Source of the DNA: Pseudomonadota bacterium
GTDB taxonomy: Bacteria; Desulfobacterota; Desulfobacteria; Desulfobacterales; JBDRRP01
Direction of reading: 5' to 3'
Length of the DNA: 64,000 nt
Assembly (NCBI GenBank): GCA_043825735.1
Contig: JBDRRP010000009.1
Location: 1 to 64,000, forward strand
Shown here: positions 48,617 through 58,200 of the stretch, one piece after another
How the letters are laid out: each line of letters opens with the position of its first letter
How positions within the stretch are numbered: position 1 is the first letter of the stretch
Notes under the pieces: generated by a model
The model's input: the letters and a program-made list of their open reading frames with translations, nothing else
Database searches by the model: none
Told to the model about the DNA's origin: nothing
Made by a program: the position numbers and the translations under genes

Positions 48617-49312
48617 TCACTCATCCAGGCTCACGATATCGACGCCTTCGGGGATCTTGAACCGGAACAGGCTGTCCGGCAGGCTGTCCTGGAAGACGAT
48701 GTCGCGCAGCTCGATGCGGGTTTCATCATTTTGGGTGTTGATGGTCACGATATCGACCACTTCATAGGACTTTTTATTTACGGTCACCAGAATCCGGGCA
48801 ATGTCCGCCTGCGGCGTGCGGGGCAGGAGCTGGAGCCGAAGCGTATCGGGTTGATCCGGGGGCACCTGGCTGACATGAAACTGCTCGCGGACCTTGCGGG
48901 TGTCTGTGAGAAAACTGGCGCCTTTACCGTCGCGGAAAAAGGCGGGCGCACCGCCGACCATGACCTGGTTGTCGGCCGGGCGATAAATCCAGAGATGCTC
49001 ACCGTCGGTGACGATGGTCTGGGTTTCGGGGGCGTCATAGATCCACAGCATTTTGCCTGGCCGCTTGACCGTCAGACGCCCGGTGGCCGTATCGGTGACG
49101 CCGAGGGCCTGAAGCGTCGAGGACTGAAAGAAAGTTGCTGAAAATCCTTGGCCGGCATAGCGCTTGTCGATACCGACCAGGATTTTATCGAGCACTGCCA
49201 GTTGGTTTTCGGCGTCATTGTCGGCTGCTGTTGCACCGATCGGCGACGCCACCATCATCATTGCGGCGCACACTGCGGTCAGCGCCATCTTCTTCCAGTT
49301 GCCTGCCTTCAT
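48617..49312 (-). CDS. lolA: Outer membrane lipoprotein carrier protein LolA
   Basis: Signal peptide, 'FSATFFQ', 'KRPGKMLWIY..P..Q.IVTDG..LWIY.P..NQV' and 'FRFKIPEGVDIV'. Confidence 0.9.
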   Translation of the reverse strand: MKAGNWKKMALTAVCAAMMMVASPIGATAADNDAENQLAVLDKILVGIDKRYAGQGFSATFFQSSTLQALGVTDTATGRLTVKRPGKMLWIYDAPETQTIVTDGEHLWIYRPADNQVMVGGAPAFFRDGKGASFLTDTRKVREQFHVSQVPPDQPDTLRLQLLPRTPQADIARILVTVNKKSYEVVDIVTINTQNDETRIELRDIVFQDSLPDSLFRFKIPEGVDIVSLDE

Positions 49313-49514
49313 AAAAAACCTCGCGTTGCCTATCTGTTGGTGAAAACGGCGGCATGGTACTCAAAAAGCCATGGGGCTGTAAACCTTCTTTTCAAAGCGC
49401 TCCGGCAGGCACCGCCGGCCGGCGGGACGCTTTACATTTCAATCTGCCTTTAAAATCCAGGTCACCAGGAGCAGGTCAGAGATATTTGGTGATGTCGTAA
49501 AAAATAGTATTTGG

Positions 49515-49797
49515 TTCTCTATGAGGCTCCAGCTGTCCGGTGGTCCGGTCCATCGGCGCCCGGACACGCGGCATGAATGAGCCTGCCCGCCAAGGGCGCC
49601 CCGTGGTTGACGGGTGTTATCGAAATCGCTATCGGGATCGAAATCGGCGGTTGCCGTTGCCACGGTGGCGGCAAATGGCGAACCAGGGACAAAATAATTG
49701 CCAACACCAATACCCGATACCGATAGCGATCCCGATAGCGATTTCGAGGAACGGCGCGTTTTGCGGCAACATAGGGTTACTGGAGCTTCATAGAGAA
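49515..49797. mobile_element. MITE-like element D (18-bp TIR TTCTCTATGAGGCTCCAG) with interior ATCGnn hexamer inverted arms
   Basis: Ends are complementary with one mismatch. Interior 'atcgaaatcgctatcgggatcgaaatcg' and 'cgataccgatagcgatcccgatagcgatttcga'. Confidence 0.65.
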
Positions 49798-49812
49798 GCG
49801 TGAAATAGTATG

Positions 49813-49975
49813 CTCGCGCAGAGACGCAGAGGCGCAGAGAAAACCATGAGTTTTTCCCTCTTCGCCGGATATGACCAAAAGCTTCTTGTCGCTGTAAGCT
49901 TGAAGCGGGTTTTCTCACGATAGTGCGACGAGATCCTGGTTTTGATTTTCTCTGCGCCTCTGCGTCTTTGCGCGA
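49813..49975. repeat. CGCAGAG inverted-arm element
   Basis: 'tcgcgcagagacgcagaggcgcagagaaaa' ... 'ttttctctgcgcctctgcgtctttgcgcga'. Single arms also at about 1713, 14173 and 31402. Confidence 0.7.
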
Positions 49976-50059
49976 TGCAGGGTTCTGCCTTTGTGTTTTT
50001 GCATCGAAGCCCCTTTCAGAGGCAATCTAAAGCAGACCCTCAGGGCCAGTAATCTTTAC

Positions 50060-50998
50060 TCACATTTTGCCGGAGTTACCATCGATGAGCGCCAGCGAAT
50101 TCATGGCGGCATCGGTACTGTCTATCGCTGCTTGAGCCACGCTCATGGCTTCGGGCGCGATGGCCTCGGTTCGGTCGAATAGGGCCATGCTGACACGGTC
50201 GATGCGGTTCATCTGCCGCCGCGCCTCGGCGCCGGAGAGCAACGGCGGGCGAACGCCCATCATCATGAGGGTTTCCATGTTGTGGCGGCCGGCGTTTTCC
50301 GTGAACCGGTCTGCTTCCGTCAACGCGCGAAAGCAGGCGCGTTTGCGACGGGCCAGTGCATCTTCGGCAGATTGCGAGGGAGTGGTTTCCAGTACCGCGA
50401 TCAGTATCTCCAGCAGTGCATCCACATCGTCGGCGCGGCCCAGGCGCTTGCAAAAGCGTTCGAGCAGGTCGGGCGTTGTGCCGTTCCACGGCACCCGTGA
50501 CAGGCGGAGACGGCTGAGAATAGGCGCGCGCCGGTGGTCCGGGAGAAGTCCGGTCAGCAGCGTAAACAGCGCCGCTGGGATTCGCCGGCTGGGCCTCAGG
50601 GTCTCAACGAAGCGCCGGATGCCGGCTTCAGGCATCGGCATGGTGAACCCCGTCGTGCCGTCCGGCAGGCGGCCGGTGATCGTGGGGGGGGCGGCCGTGA
50701 GATCGGCTACGAGCCAGTCGGTATCTTCAATGGTCAGCGCCGATGCCTGCACGGCCGGCAGCAGCTGCTGGCATGCCGCATCGTCGGCACTGAAAACCAG
50801 TGCCACGAGCGATTCGGCACCCCAGTCGGCCGGGTCTGCCAGCAGCCCCGGCAGGTCACCGGGCAGCGACACGTCCCATGCGGACGCGATGAATGCCATG
50901 TCCGATGCCATCAACCGGACCCCTGCTTCAAGGGTGGTTCGTATGGTCGCCAGCAGTCGCTCGCGGTGAGATACCGCAGCCGTGTCCGATGCCATCAC
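50060..50998 (-). CDS. Hypothetical protein (312 aa) translationally coupled to trxC
   Basis: ATGA overlap with the thioredoxin stop and GC-rich codon pattern. No motif recognised. Confidence 0.7.
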   Translation of the reverse strand: MMASDTAAVSHRERLLATIRTTLEAGVRLMASDMAFIASAWDVSLPGDLPGLLADPADWGAESLVALVFSADDAACQQLLPAVQASALTIEDTDWLVADLTAAPPTITGRLPDGTTGFTMPMPEAGIRRFVETLRPSRRIPAALFTLLTGLLPDHRRAPILSRLRLSRVPWNGTTPDLLERFCKRLGRADDVDALLEILIAVLETTPSQSAEDALARRKRACFRALTEADRFTENAGRHNMETLMMMGVRPPLLSGAEARRQMNRIDRVSMALFDRTEAIAPEAMSVAQAAIDSTDAAMNSLALIDGNSGKM

Positions 50999-51450
50999 AG
51001 GTACCGCGTCATCTTCATCATAAGCTCATGCTTGCTGCCGCCGCCCGGAAAACTTTCCTTGAGTTGGCCGCCATCGAACACGAACAGGAAGGGCACGCTG
51101 CGGATGTCAAAGCGTGTGGATAGCTGGGGGTTCGGGTCCACGTTGAGCTTGCCCACACGCACCCGGCCCCTGGCGTCCCGGGCAAATTCGTCGATGACCG
51201 GTGCCAGGGTCTTACACGACGGGCACCACGGCGCCCAGCAGAACATGAGCACCGGCAGCGGTGACTTCAGGACCATGGTCTCGAAGTTGGCATCAGAGAC
51301 CATGACCGGATCGCTGCGAAGCAGGTCGGCCGTTTCCAGCGGCGCGCCGCACTTGCCGCATTTGCCGGTCTTTCCCGCTTTGTCGACGGGGATGTTGTTG
51401 CGGGTGCCGCAGTGGTGGCAGCGATACCGGTAGGGGTTGCTCTGGCTCAT
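50995..51450 (-). CDS. trxC: Thioredoxin 2-like protein with N-terminal Zn finger
   Basis: 'CHHCG...CGKCG', 'WAPWCPSCK' and 'IRSVP'. AAGGAGG RBS. Confidence 0.85.
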   Translation of the reverse strand: MSQSNPYRYRCHHCGTRNNIPVDKAGKTGKCGKCGAPLETADLLRSDPVMVSDANFETMVLKSPLPVLMFCWAPWCPSCKTLAPVIDEFARDARGRVRVGKLNVDPNPQLSTRFDIRSVPFLFVFDGGQLKESFPGGGSKHELMMKMTRYL

Positions 51451-51627
51451 GAGGAAAATGCCTCCTTGAATCAGGTTGGTTCGGCCGAAGCCCGAAGGTT
51501 GAATAACTCGTTAGAAAAGAAATTTTCTCGCAAAGGCGCAAAGTACGCAAAGAAAAACATCAATGCGTTAGCTTTTCTATTGTTGCAACTTTGCCTGAGA
51601 TTCCGGCTCCTTACAGGACCAGCAAGG

Positions 51628-51754
51628 TTGATACTCATGTAAAAAGACTGGAATCACCACAGAGGACGCAGAGAGCGCAGAGACAACCCACCAATTATTC
51701 ATCGAATTCTCTGCGGTCTCTGTGGTTCAAAATCACTTTTTACGGTGCCATCAA
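51628..51754. mobile_element. MITE family B copy (reverse orientation)
   Basis: Reverse complement aligns with 56267-56403. Confidence 0.75.
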
Positions 51755-51809
51755 GGAGAAGGGCATCAGTGCACGGTTCGAATTATGGCCCTCAGCGGTT
51801 TTCGTGTGT

Positions 51810-53201
51810 TCACTCGACCCCTCGACCCCTTGACCCCTCGGCCCCTTGTATTTCATATTTCTTCAGTTTGGCGTGGAGGGTCTTTCTGGTGACGCCCAGC
51901 CGGCGCGCCGCTTCGCTTTTATTGCCGTCCACGGCTTCCAGTGTCTGCAATATAGTGACTCTTTCCACTTCCTCAAGGGAGACTTCTCCGGCGGGCGCCG
52001 TTGGCAGCTCCGCCGGGGCCGGCGTGTCGGACAGGGGCGGCGGCAGGTCGGGGGTATCGATAAGCTCCCCTCTGGCCAGCACCACGGCCCGCTCGATGGC
52101 GTTCATCATCTCCCGCACGTTTCCGGGCCACCCGTGGCGGCTGAGCGCATCCATGGCCTGGGGGCTGAAACCGCTGATGGCGCGGCGGTTGCGCTGGGCA
52201 AATTGTTTGAGGAAATGCTGGGCCAGCAGCGGGATGTCTTCGCGGCGCTCACGCAGCGGTGGCAGTTCGAGTCTTATCACATTGAGGCGGTAGTAGAGGT
52301 CTTCGCGGAAGGCGCCCGCGGTGACCCGTTCGGCCAGATCCCTGTTGGTGGCGGCGATGACGCGAACATCCACGGAAACGATGTCCTCTCCGCCGACCCG
52401 GGTGACTTCCCGCTCCTGGAGCACCCGTAGGAGCTTGACCTGCATGCTCAGCGGCATCTCGCTCACTTCGTCGAGAAACAGGCTGCCGCCGTCGGCCTGG
52501 ACAAAACGTCCTTCCTTTCGCCGGTCGGCTCCGGTGAAGGCTCCTTTTTCATGGCCGAAGAGTTCCGACTCCAGCAAGGTCTCGGTGATGGCCGCACAGT
52601 TGAGTTTGATGAAAGGACCGCCGGCGCGTTCGGAATTGGTGTGGACAGCGCTGGCGATGAGCTCTTTTCCGGTGCCCGATTCGCCGGTAATGAGGACGGT
52701 GGCCTCGGTGGGCGCCACCTGGGAGACCGTCTCCAGCAGGCGGGTCATGGCCGCACTGGTGCCGATGATGCGATGGCGCTGAAAGTCTGCGCCGATCTGG
52801 CGGCGCAGTCGAGCGTTTTCTTCCTTGAGGGCCACGTGTTCCATGGCCCGTGCAATGACGAGTCTGAGTTTGTCGAAATCCAGCGGTTTGACGAGGTAGT
52901 CGTAGGCCCCGGATTTGAGGGTCTCGATCGCCGTCTCGACCGATGAATAGGCCGTCATGATGATGACCGGGATGGCGGGATTGAGGGCCTTTATACGGTG
53001 AAGTGCTTCGATACCCGATACGGTGATCATGCGGATGTCCATGAGGATGAGGTCGTAGGGGCCGGCAGCCACCAGCTTGATGGCCGGGGCGCCGTCGTCG
53101 GCTTCGGCCACATGGTACCCCCAGCCGCCGAGAAGGGTCTTGAGCATGGTGCGATGGGCCCTGTCGTCGTCGACGACCAGAATCTTCGGGGATGTCGTCA
53201 T
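51810..53201 (-). CDS. zraR: Sigma-54-dependent response regulator (ZraR/HydG-like)
   Basis: Receiver domain, 'GESGTGKE', 'GAFTGA', 'FLDEV' and Fis HTH 'NKSEAARRLGVTRKTL'. Neighbours resemble zraS and zraP. Confidence 0.85.
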   Translation of the reverse strand: MTTSPKILVVDDDRAHRTMLKTLLGGWGYHVAEADDGAPAIKLVAAGPYDLILMDIRMITVSGIEALHRIKALNPAIPVIIMTAYSSVETAIETLKSGAYDYLVKPLDFDKLRLVIARAMEHVALKEENARLRRQIGADFQRHRIIGTSAAMTRLLETVSQVAPTEATVLITGESGTGKELIASAVHTNSERAGGPFIKLNCAAITETLLESELFGHEKGAFTGADRRKEGRFVQADGGSLFLDEVSEMPLSMQVKLLRVLQEREVTRVGGEDIVSVDVRVIAATNRDLAERVTAGAFREDLYYRLNVIRLELPPLRERREDIPLLAQHFLKQFAQRNRRAISGFSPQAMDALSRHGWPGNVREMMNAIERAVVLARGELIDTPDLPPPLSDTPAPAELPTAPAGEVSLEEVERVTILQTLEAVDGNKSEAARRLGVTRKTLHAKLKKYEIQGAEGSRGRGVE

Positions 53202-54967
53202 GCCTTCTTTCCTTTTTCCAGCGGCAGCAGCAGGGAAAATGTCGTTTGGCCCTGCGCGCTGTGGGCACTGATGCTGCCGCCGTGAGCCTCGACGATGTTA
53301 TGTACGATGGCCAGCCCCAGACCGGTGCCGGTCGACTTGGTCGTGAAATACGGGTCGAACACGTGGGCCACCTGGTTTTCCGGGATACCCGTGCCGTTGT
53401 CGGCGACCGTGATAAGCACCCCCTGTGGGTGGGGGGCCGCGCCGATGGACAGCCGCCCGTTTTTCTCGGGCATGGCGGCGACGGCGTTGAGATAGAGGTT
53501 GATGAATACCTGCTGGATCCGGTCCGCATCCACGGGAATCGGCGGCAGATCGTTGCCGGCGTCGATGGTGACGGTGATGCGTTTTTCGGAAAGCTGCGGC
53601 CGCACCGCGGATACCGATCGCTCCAGCAGCTCCCGGACTTCGGCCGGAGCCGGTGAAATCTTTACCGGATGTGAGAGCTCCAGCAACTGCCCCACCACAC
53701 GGTTCATACGGTCGACTTCTCCAATCATGATGTCCGCCGTTTCCCGGTCGGCGTCCACGTCCCGGTAGCGCTCCTTGAAATAGGTGGCGAAACCCTTGAT
53801 GGAACTCAAGGGGTTTCGGATTTCGTGGGCGACGCCTGCGGCCAGACTCCCCAGGGAGGCCAGTCGCTGGCTCTTGGCGATTTCCTTTCTCAGCGCGTAC
53901 ACTTCGGTGAGGTCTTTCACCAGCAGGATGTGTCCTAGAAACCGGCCGTCATCGTCGTGCCAGGACGAGGCGCTGACGGAAAGGGGACGGGTGCCGCCGG
54001 TGCACCGGCAGCTTTCCAGTTCGCGCTCGATGCTGCCGGCCGTGCCGACCTGCTCCAACGCGTGGTAGAGTTCCGGCGGTAGGGCGTCCGTTGCCGGACG
54101 GCCCACAATGTCGACGGTCGGCACTCCCAGGATGGATTCGGCCGCCGGGTTGAGGCTCACCACCTGGTGCGCACTGTCGGTGGTTATCAGTCCCATGGGC
54201 AGACTGTCAGCCAGGTTGGCGGAAAAGCTCTCAAGGCGCGCCATGGTGGAGCGGGCCGCCCGGTAGTTCTGGAGGACGTGGACCAGGTAGAATCCGGCCA
54301 CGCCTACCAGCAGCAGGACGGCGGCCATGAGCAGTGAGTGGCGCACATCCGCGGCTTGGGCGTTTTCGATGGCCGTCATGTCCAGACCCACGAAAATGAT
54401 GGGTTCCTGGGGAGGGGCGCCCGCAGGCGCATTCCTGTCGTCCTCGAACATGTGGTGCATCATTCCGCGGCCCCGGCCCATCCCGGTCATGCCACCGGGA
54501 CGTCCCATGGGGATGAAGCGCCGGTAGACTTCGAAGACCGGCCGCCCGTCTGCGGAAACCACCCGGCGAAACAGGGGGCTGGTCGATTCGGCAACGGTGA
54601 TGAGATCCAGCGTCTCCAGATGCACCGGGACGGCGTCCTTGCCGCCGCTGCTGGCAAGGACGCGGCCCGCGGTGTTTACCACTGCGATGTACGCGATATC
54701 CCCCTGGGCGGCGGTTTCCGCGAGCAGACGCTGAAGATGCATTTCCCGCCAGGGAGAGAACGCCATCCCTGTTCGTGAGCCCGCCTCTATCGACCGGATC
54801 AGCGCAGCCCCTTTTTCCATGAGAAGCCGCGTAGTGCCCGCTTTCTGGCGGTAGATATCGGTGACCGTCACAAATACCAGGATGCCCATGAGCACGACCA
54901 CGGCACCAATGAGTCCCAGGGCGGGGGCGCCGTAAAAAGACCGAGATGTGTTGGAAGGCGGGTTCAT
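53198..54967 (-). CDS. zraS: Membrane sensor histidine kinase (ZraS/HydH-like) with PAS
   Basis: Two TMs, 'LLMEKGAALIRSIEAGSRTGM', Met/His-rich periplasmic loop and H-box 'AAGVAHEIRNPLSSIKGFA.YF'. Confidence 0.85.
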   Translation of the reverse strand: MNPPSNTSRSFYGAPALGLIGAVVVLMGILVFVTVTDIYRQKAGTTRLLMEKGAALIRSIEAGSRTGMAFSPWREMHLQRLLAETAAQGDIAYIAVVNTAGRVLASSGGKDAVPVHLETLDLITVAESTSPLFRRVVSADGRPVFEVYRRFIPMGRPGGMTGMGRGRGMMHHMFEDDRNAPAGAPPQEPIIFVGLDMTAIENAQAADVRHSLLMAAVLLLVGVAGFYLVHVLQNYRAARSTMARLESFSANLADSLPMGLITTDSAHQVVSLNPAAESILGVPTVDIVGRPATDALPPELYHALEQVGTAGSIERELESCRCTGGTRPLSVSASSWHDDDGRFLGHILLVKDLTEVYALRKEIAKSQRLASLGSLAAGVAHEIRNPLSSIKGFATYFKERYRDVDADRETADIMIGEVDRMNRVVGQLLELSHPVKISPAPAEVRELLERSVSAVRPQLSEKRITVTIDAGNDLPPIPVDADRIQQVFINLYLNAVAAMPEKNGRLSIGAAPHPQGVLITVADNGTGIPENQVAHVFDPYFTTKSTGTGLGLAIVHNIVEAHGGSISAHSAQGQTTFSLLLPLEKGKKA

Positions 54968-55322
54968 TCCCTATCTCTGATGCAATCCGGATACCATTTA
55001 CACGCCCTGAGACGTTTGGGTGATGGGGGCGGTCCGGACAACGGTGCTCAGGCAATGTCTACGATGTCCTCATAAGCCCGTACAGCGGGCGCCGCGGCCA
55101 GGCGTGCCGTTGGGCCAACACCAATTATCCTTGCTGTAAACGGTTTTTCAAACAGGGCGCTTGGGGTTTTGCGCCCGGTTTGAAAAACGATGGGTGTTAC
55201 TTTTTTCCCCGATTTCGGCGCTCCGATTCAGTGCGCATGGGTAATTATGTAACAGGTCGCACTTGTTTTGGCCATCATTCAATAACGAAAAACAGGATGT
55301 CATCTGAGGGTGTTAGAATCAT

Positions 55323-55335
55323 AATCAAACTATTA
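55323..55335 (+). promoter_or_regulatory. IHF binding site
   Basis: AATCAA-ACTA-TTA is an exact match to WATCAANNNNTTR, about 40 nt upstream of a sigma-54 promoter. Confidence 0.6.
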
Positions 55336-55375
55336 CAAACAGTTATATCGTTTTTATACAGCATGAAGAAACTTC

Positions 55376-55391
55376 TGGCACAGCCATTGCT
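55376..55391 (+). promoter_or_regulatory. Sigma-54 (-24/-12) promoter of the zraP-like gene
   Basis: TGGCAC-AGCCA-TTGCT with canonical spacing, next to a sigma-54 activator gene. Confidence 0.85.
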
Positions 55392-55484
55392 CTATGCTCA
55401 TATCACAATTACCAAAACGGGCAGAGCTGCAGTGGCGGTTCGCTCGAAACACCAATCCAATTGAACCATAGGAGGACCATTATC

Positions 55485-56051
55485 ATGAAAACCAAAGCAA
55501 TGCGCATGAGCCTGATCACTGTCACTGTTATCGCCCTGGCGGGCATGGCTGTGGTGGCCGTGGCCGATCCCGGGTATGGCCGGTACCACATGGGCTGGGG
55601 AAACACCGCCGGCGGCCCGGCAGACTGCCCGCGCTGGGGCGGCAACGGCGCCGGCGACGGTGACGCTGAAAGGCGTGGCTACGGTGCCGGCAGCGGCATG
55701 GATGACGCCCAGGCAAAGCAGTTCCAGGAAAAGCAGGAGGCATTTTATGCGGGCACGGCGGATCTGCGACAGGAGATTTACCAGAAGCGTCTGGAGATGA
55801 AAGCCGAGTTCGCCAAGAAGTCACCGGATTCCAAGAAGCTGTCGGCTCTGCAAAAGGAGATCTCCGGGCTGGAAGCCACCTTCGATCAGAAGCGGCTGGA
55901 GCATCGGATCGACATGCAAAAGTCTTTTCCTGACGTCGCATCAGGATACGGCCGTGGCTACGGTCGTGGCATGATGGGCCAGGGCGGCGGTTACGGTCGT
56001 GGCATGATGGGCCAGGGCGGTGGCTACGGTCCGGGCAACTGCGGACGCTAA
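55485..56051 (+). CDS. zraP: ZraP/Spy/CpxP-family periplasmic protein
   Basis: Signal peptide, helical core 'LRQEIYQKRLEMKAE...LQKEISGL' and Gly/Met-rich termini. Divergent from zraSR; AGGAGG RBS. Confidence 0.8.
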   Translation: MKTKAMRMSLITVTVIALAGMAVVAVADPGYGRYHMGWGNTAGGPADCPRWGGNGAGDGDAERRGYGAGSGMDDAQAKQFQEKQEAFYAGTADLRQEIYQKRLEMKAEFAKKSPDSKKLSALQKEISGLEATFDQKRLEHRIDMQKSFPDVASGYGRGYGRGMMGQGGGYGRGMMGQGGGYGPGNCGR

Positions 56052-56074
56052 ACGTTGTTAAACCATGAACACCA

Positions 56075-56122
56075 TGCCGGCAGGGGGAGGCGCAGCGCTT
56101 CTTCCTGCCGGCAGTTTTTTTT
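56075..56122 (+). terminator. Intrinsic terminator after zraP
   Basis: TGCCGGCAGGGGGAGGCGC/GCGCTTCTTCCTGCCGGCA stem followed by a T-tract. Confidence 0.8.
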
Positions 56123-56209
56123 GGATCACCGCGCTATAGTATTTGTCAGAATAATGTTCCGATTGGCCTGCTGTTGCCGAAAATACGGCAGACCAAACAT
56201 GCCTCCGGC

Positions 56210-56480
56210 GTCATTCCGGCGAAGGCCGGAACCCAGCGTGCTTCGAAGCGATCTCTTGTATGAAACTTGATGGTACCGGAAAAAGTAATTTTGAACCGCT
56301 GAGAGCGCAGCGGAACGCAGAGAATTCGATGAATAATTAGTGGGTTATCTCTGCGCTCTCTGTGCCCTCTGTGGTGATTTCCGACTTTTTACGAAGGCAT
56401 CAAACTTCAAAGTACCTTGACTTGTTCAAACCGGCTCCGGCCGGCGGCGGCGCTGGATGCCGGATCAAGCCCGGCATGAC
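56210..56480. repeat. REP-like doublet (GTCATTCCGGCGAAGGCCGGAACCCAG ... CTGGATGCCGGATCAAGCCCGGCATGAC) enclosing a MITE family B copy at 56267-56403
   Basis: Both arms and the nested TTGATG..CATCAA element are read directly. Confidence 0.75.
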
Positions 56481-56550
56481 AATATGTCCTTCGGCACTGC
56501 TACTTGAGCTTTGTGCATGAATAGATTCTTCTTCTCCGGACGGAAAGTAT

Positions 56551-58200
56551 TTAAAAGCCACCGGGCACCGCATCCTTGGGATAAACGATGGTGAACCGCT
56601 GATCGATGGTTGTTTTCTCCCCCGGCTTCAATGACAGGTGCCAGAGCATCACGCCTTCCCGGGCCTGGATGTTTTTTTCATTCGGGACCGGGGTGAGGGT
56701 GAGATCATCCACTTTGATGCGGTCGGTCCGTGACACCGGCAGGCTGTCGACAATTCTGAGCGCTACCGCTTTGTCCCGTAGGTTTTCGGCGACGATGCGG
56801 TAGCCCATCTCCCGCACCACGGAGTCTCTTTCGATCTTTCCGAAAAAGGTCTCTTTCCGGCGGTCGGTCACTTTTTCTCGTTTTACCACCACCTGTCGGT
56901 CGACCCCCAATCCCAGTTGGAAATTCGCTCCCGGTTTCTTTTCATCGAGCATCATCTTGCCCACATACCGGCCAGAGAAGTAAACATTGAGCGGGCCGCT
57001 GAGCAGCTCCCTGTCCACTGCGGCTTCGCAGATCAGATAGGTGAGCGTGCTTTGCTTCGGGACGGCGTAGCGGTAGACGTCGCCTTTCAGGCGCCGGGTG
57101 AATATGGGCAGGGTCGTTTCGCCCTGGCCGCTGTCCACATCGACGACTTCCTTGAAGCCGTACTCGAAGGCCAGCTCGGAGCTTTTCCGGTCAGCTTCCG
57201 CAAAGGCTGCCGGCTGGGCATCGGGGGCGACGTTTTCAGCCTCCATCATGACTTCCTGGGCCATGGGCGCGCGGGCGCTCTTGGCCATGACAGCGAGATC
57301 GGCCATGGCCCCGGCCATGGGGCGCGGGATATCCAGCCACCAGCTTTGAGCATCCGGCACACGCGCCCCGGACAGGGGCACCACGTTGGAGACCGACAGC
57401 GCAACGCCTTTCCAGTCCTCGCCGGTTTTCTGGTGGATCTGCGAAAAGAGGGTCAGATCGACGCCGGAAAGATCCGCCGGTACAGCGGCCCGGTAGAGCG
57501 GTGACCAGCTGGCGTATCGGACGACATACGTAGCGGTGATTCCGATTTTCTGGGGGCCGGCAGCGTCGAACTGGACCTCGATGGTGCGCTGCAGCGCCTG
57601 ACCGGGCTGGCGCAGATCGTGCAGTTCGCGCTCAGCCTGGCGAATGTCTTCATCCAGTTCGGCGATGGCCAGGTCCGTGCCACGGGTCTTCTGGTAGACG
57701 CGGTTGAACCCCTCGTCGATGAAGGCCAGGGTGCGGCTCAGCTCTTCGGTCGTCGGCATACGGGTCTTCAGTTCAGTGGGGACCTGGGTCTTTGAAAAAT
57801 CGACGAATGCGCGAAGGAATTCCTCCTGACGGCTGAGGGCGCTTTTTTCATCCACCCGTGAGCGGCGATCCTGCTGCAGTTGGCGTATTTTTGCTTCGAG
57901 GCCGCGGAGTTTCTCCTGGGAGGCTTCCTTGATCGGCACCTCCCGGTACTGGACGGCCAGAATCTCGCCCTTGGCACTGACCGTGGCGGTTACGGCGTCC
58001 GGGTCCACGGCAAAGGCCGTCACCGGCAGCAGCAGGCGGTTGACGCCTGCTGCGACGGTGGCAGTGCCTTTTCGGGTCACCTGCGCCCGGTCGGTGAAAA
58101 CCACCACGTCCGTGATTTTGGAATCCACGGTGAGTTCGGCGGCCATGGCCGGCATCGAGAGGGTGATCAGCAATACGAAAAAACAGCAGATACGTTTCAT
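56551..58200 (-). CDS. DUF4140/DUF4139 (mucoidy inhibitor MuiA-like) protein
   Basis: Signal peptide, 'ITDVVVFTDRAQVTR', coiled coil, 'ASWSPLY', 'QKTGEDW' and 'LLSGPLNVY'. Confidence 0.85.
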   Translation of the reverse strand: MKRICCFFVLLITLSMPAMAAELTVDSKITDVVVFTDRAQVTRKGTATVAAGVNRLLLPVTAFAVDPDAVTATVSAKGEILAVQYREVPIKEASQEKLRGLEAKIRQLQQDRRSRVDEKSALSRQEEFLRAFVDFSKTQVPTELKTRMPTTEELSRTLAFIDEGFNRVYQKTRGTDLAIAELDEDIRQAERELHDLRQPGQALQRTIEVQFDAAGPQKIGITATYVVRYASWSPLYRAAVPADLSGVDLTLFSQIHQKTGEDWKGVALSVSNVVPLSGARVPDAQSWWLDIPRPMAGAMADLAVMAKSARAPMAQEVMMEAENVAPDAQPAAFAEADRKSSELAFEYGFKEVVDVDSGQGETTLPIFTRRLKGDVYRYAVPKQSTLTYLICEAAVDRELLSGPLNVYFSGRYVGKMMLDEKKPGANFQLGLGVDRQVVVKREKVTDRRKETFFGKIERDSVVREMGYRIVAENLRDKAVALRIVDSLPVSRTDRIKVDDLTLTPVPNEKNIQAREGVMLWHLSLKPGEKTTIDQRFTIVYPKDAVPGGF

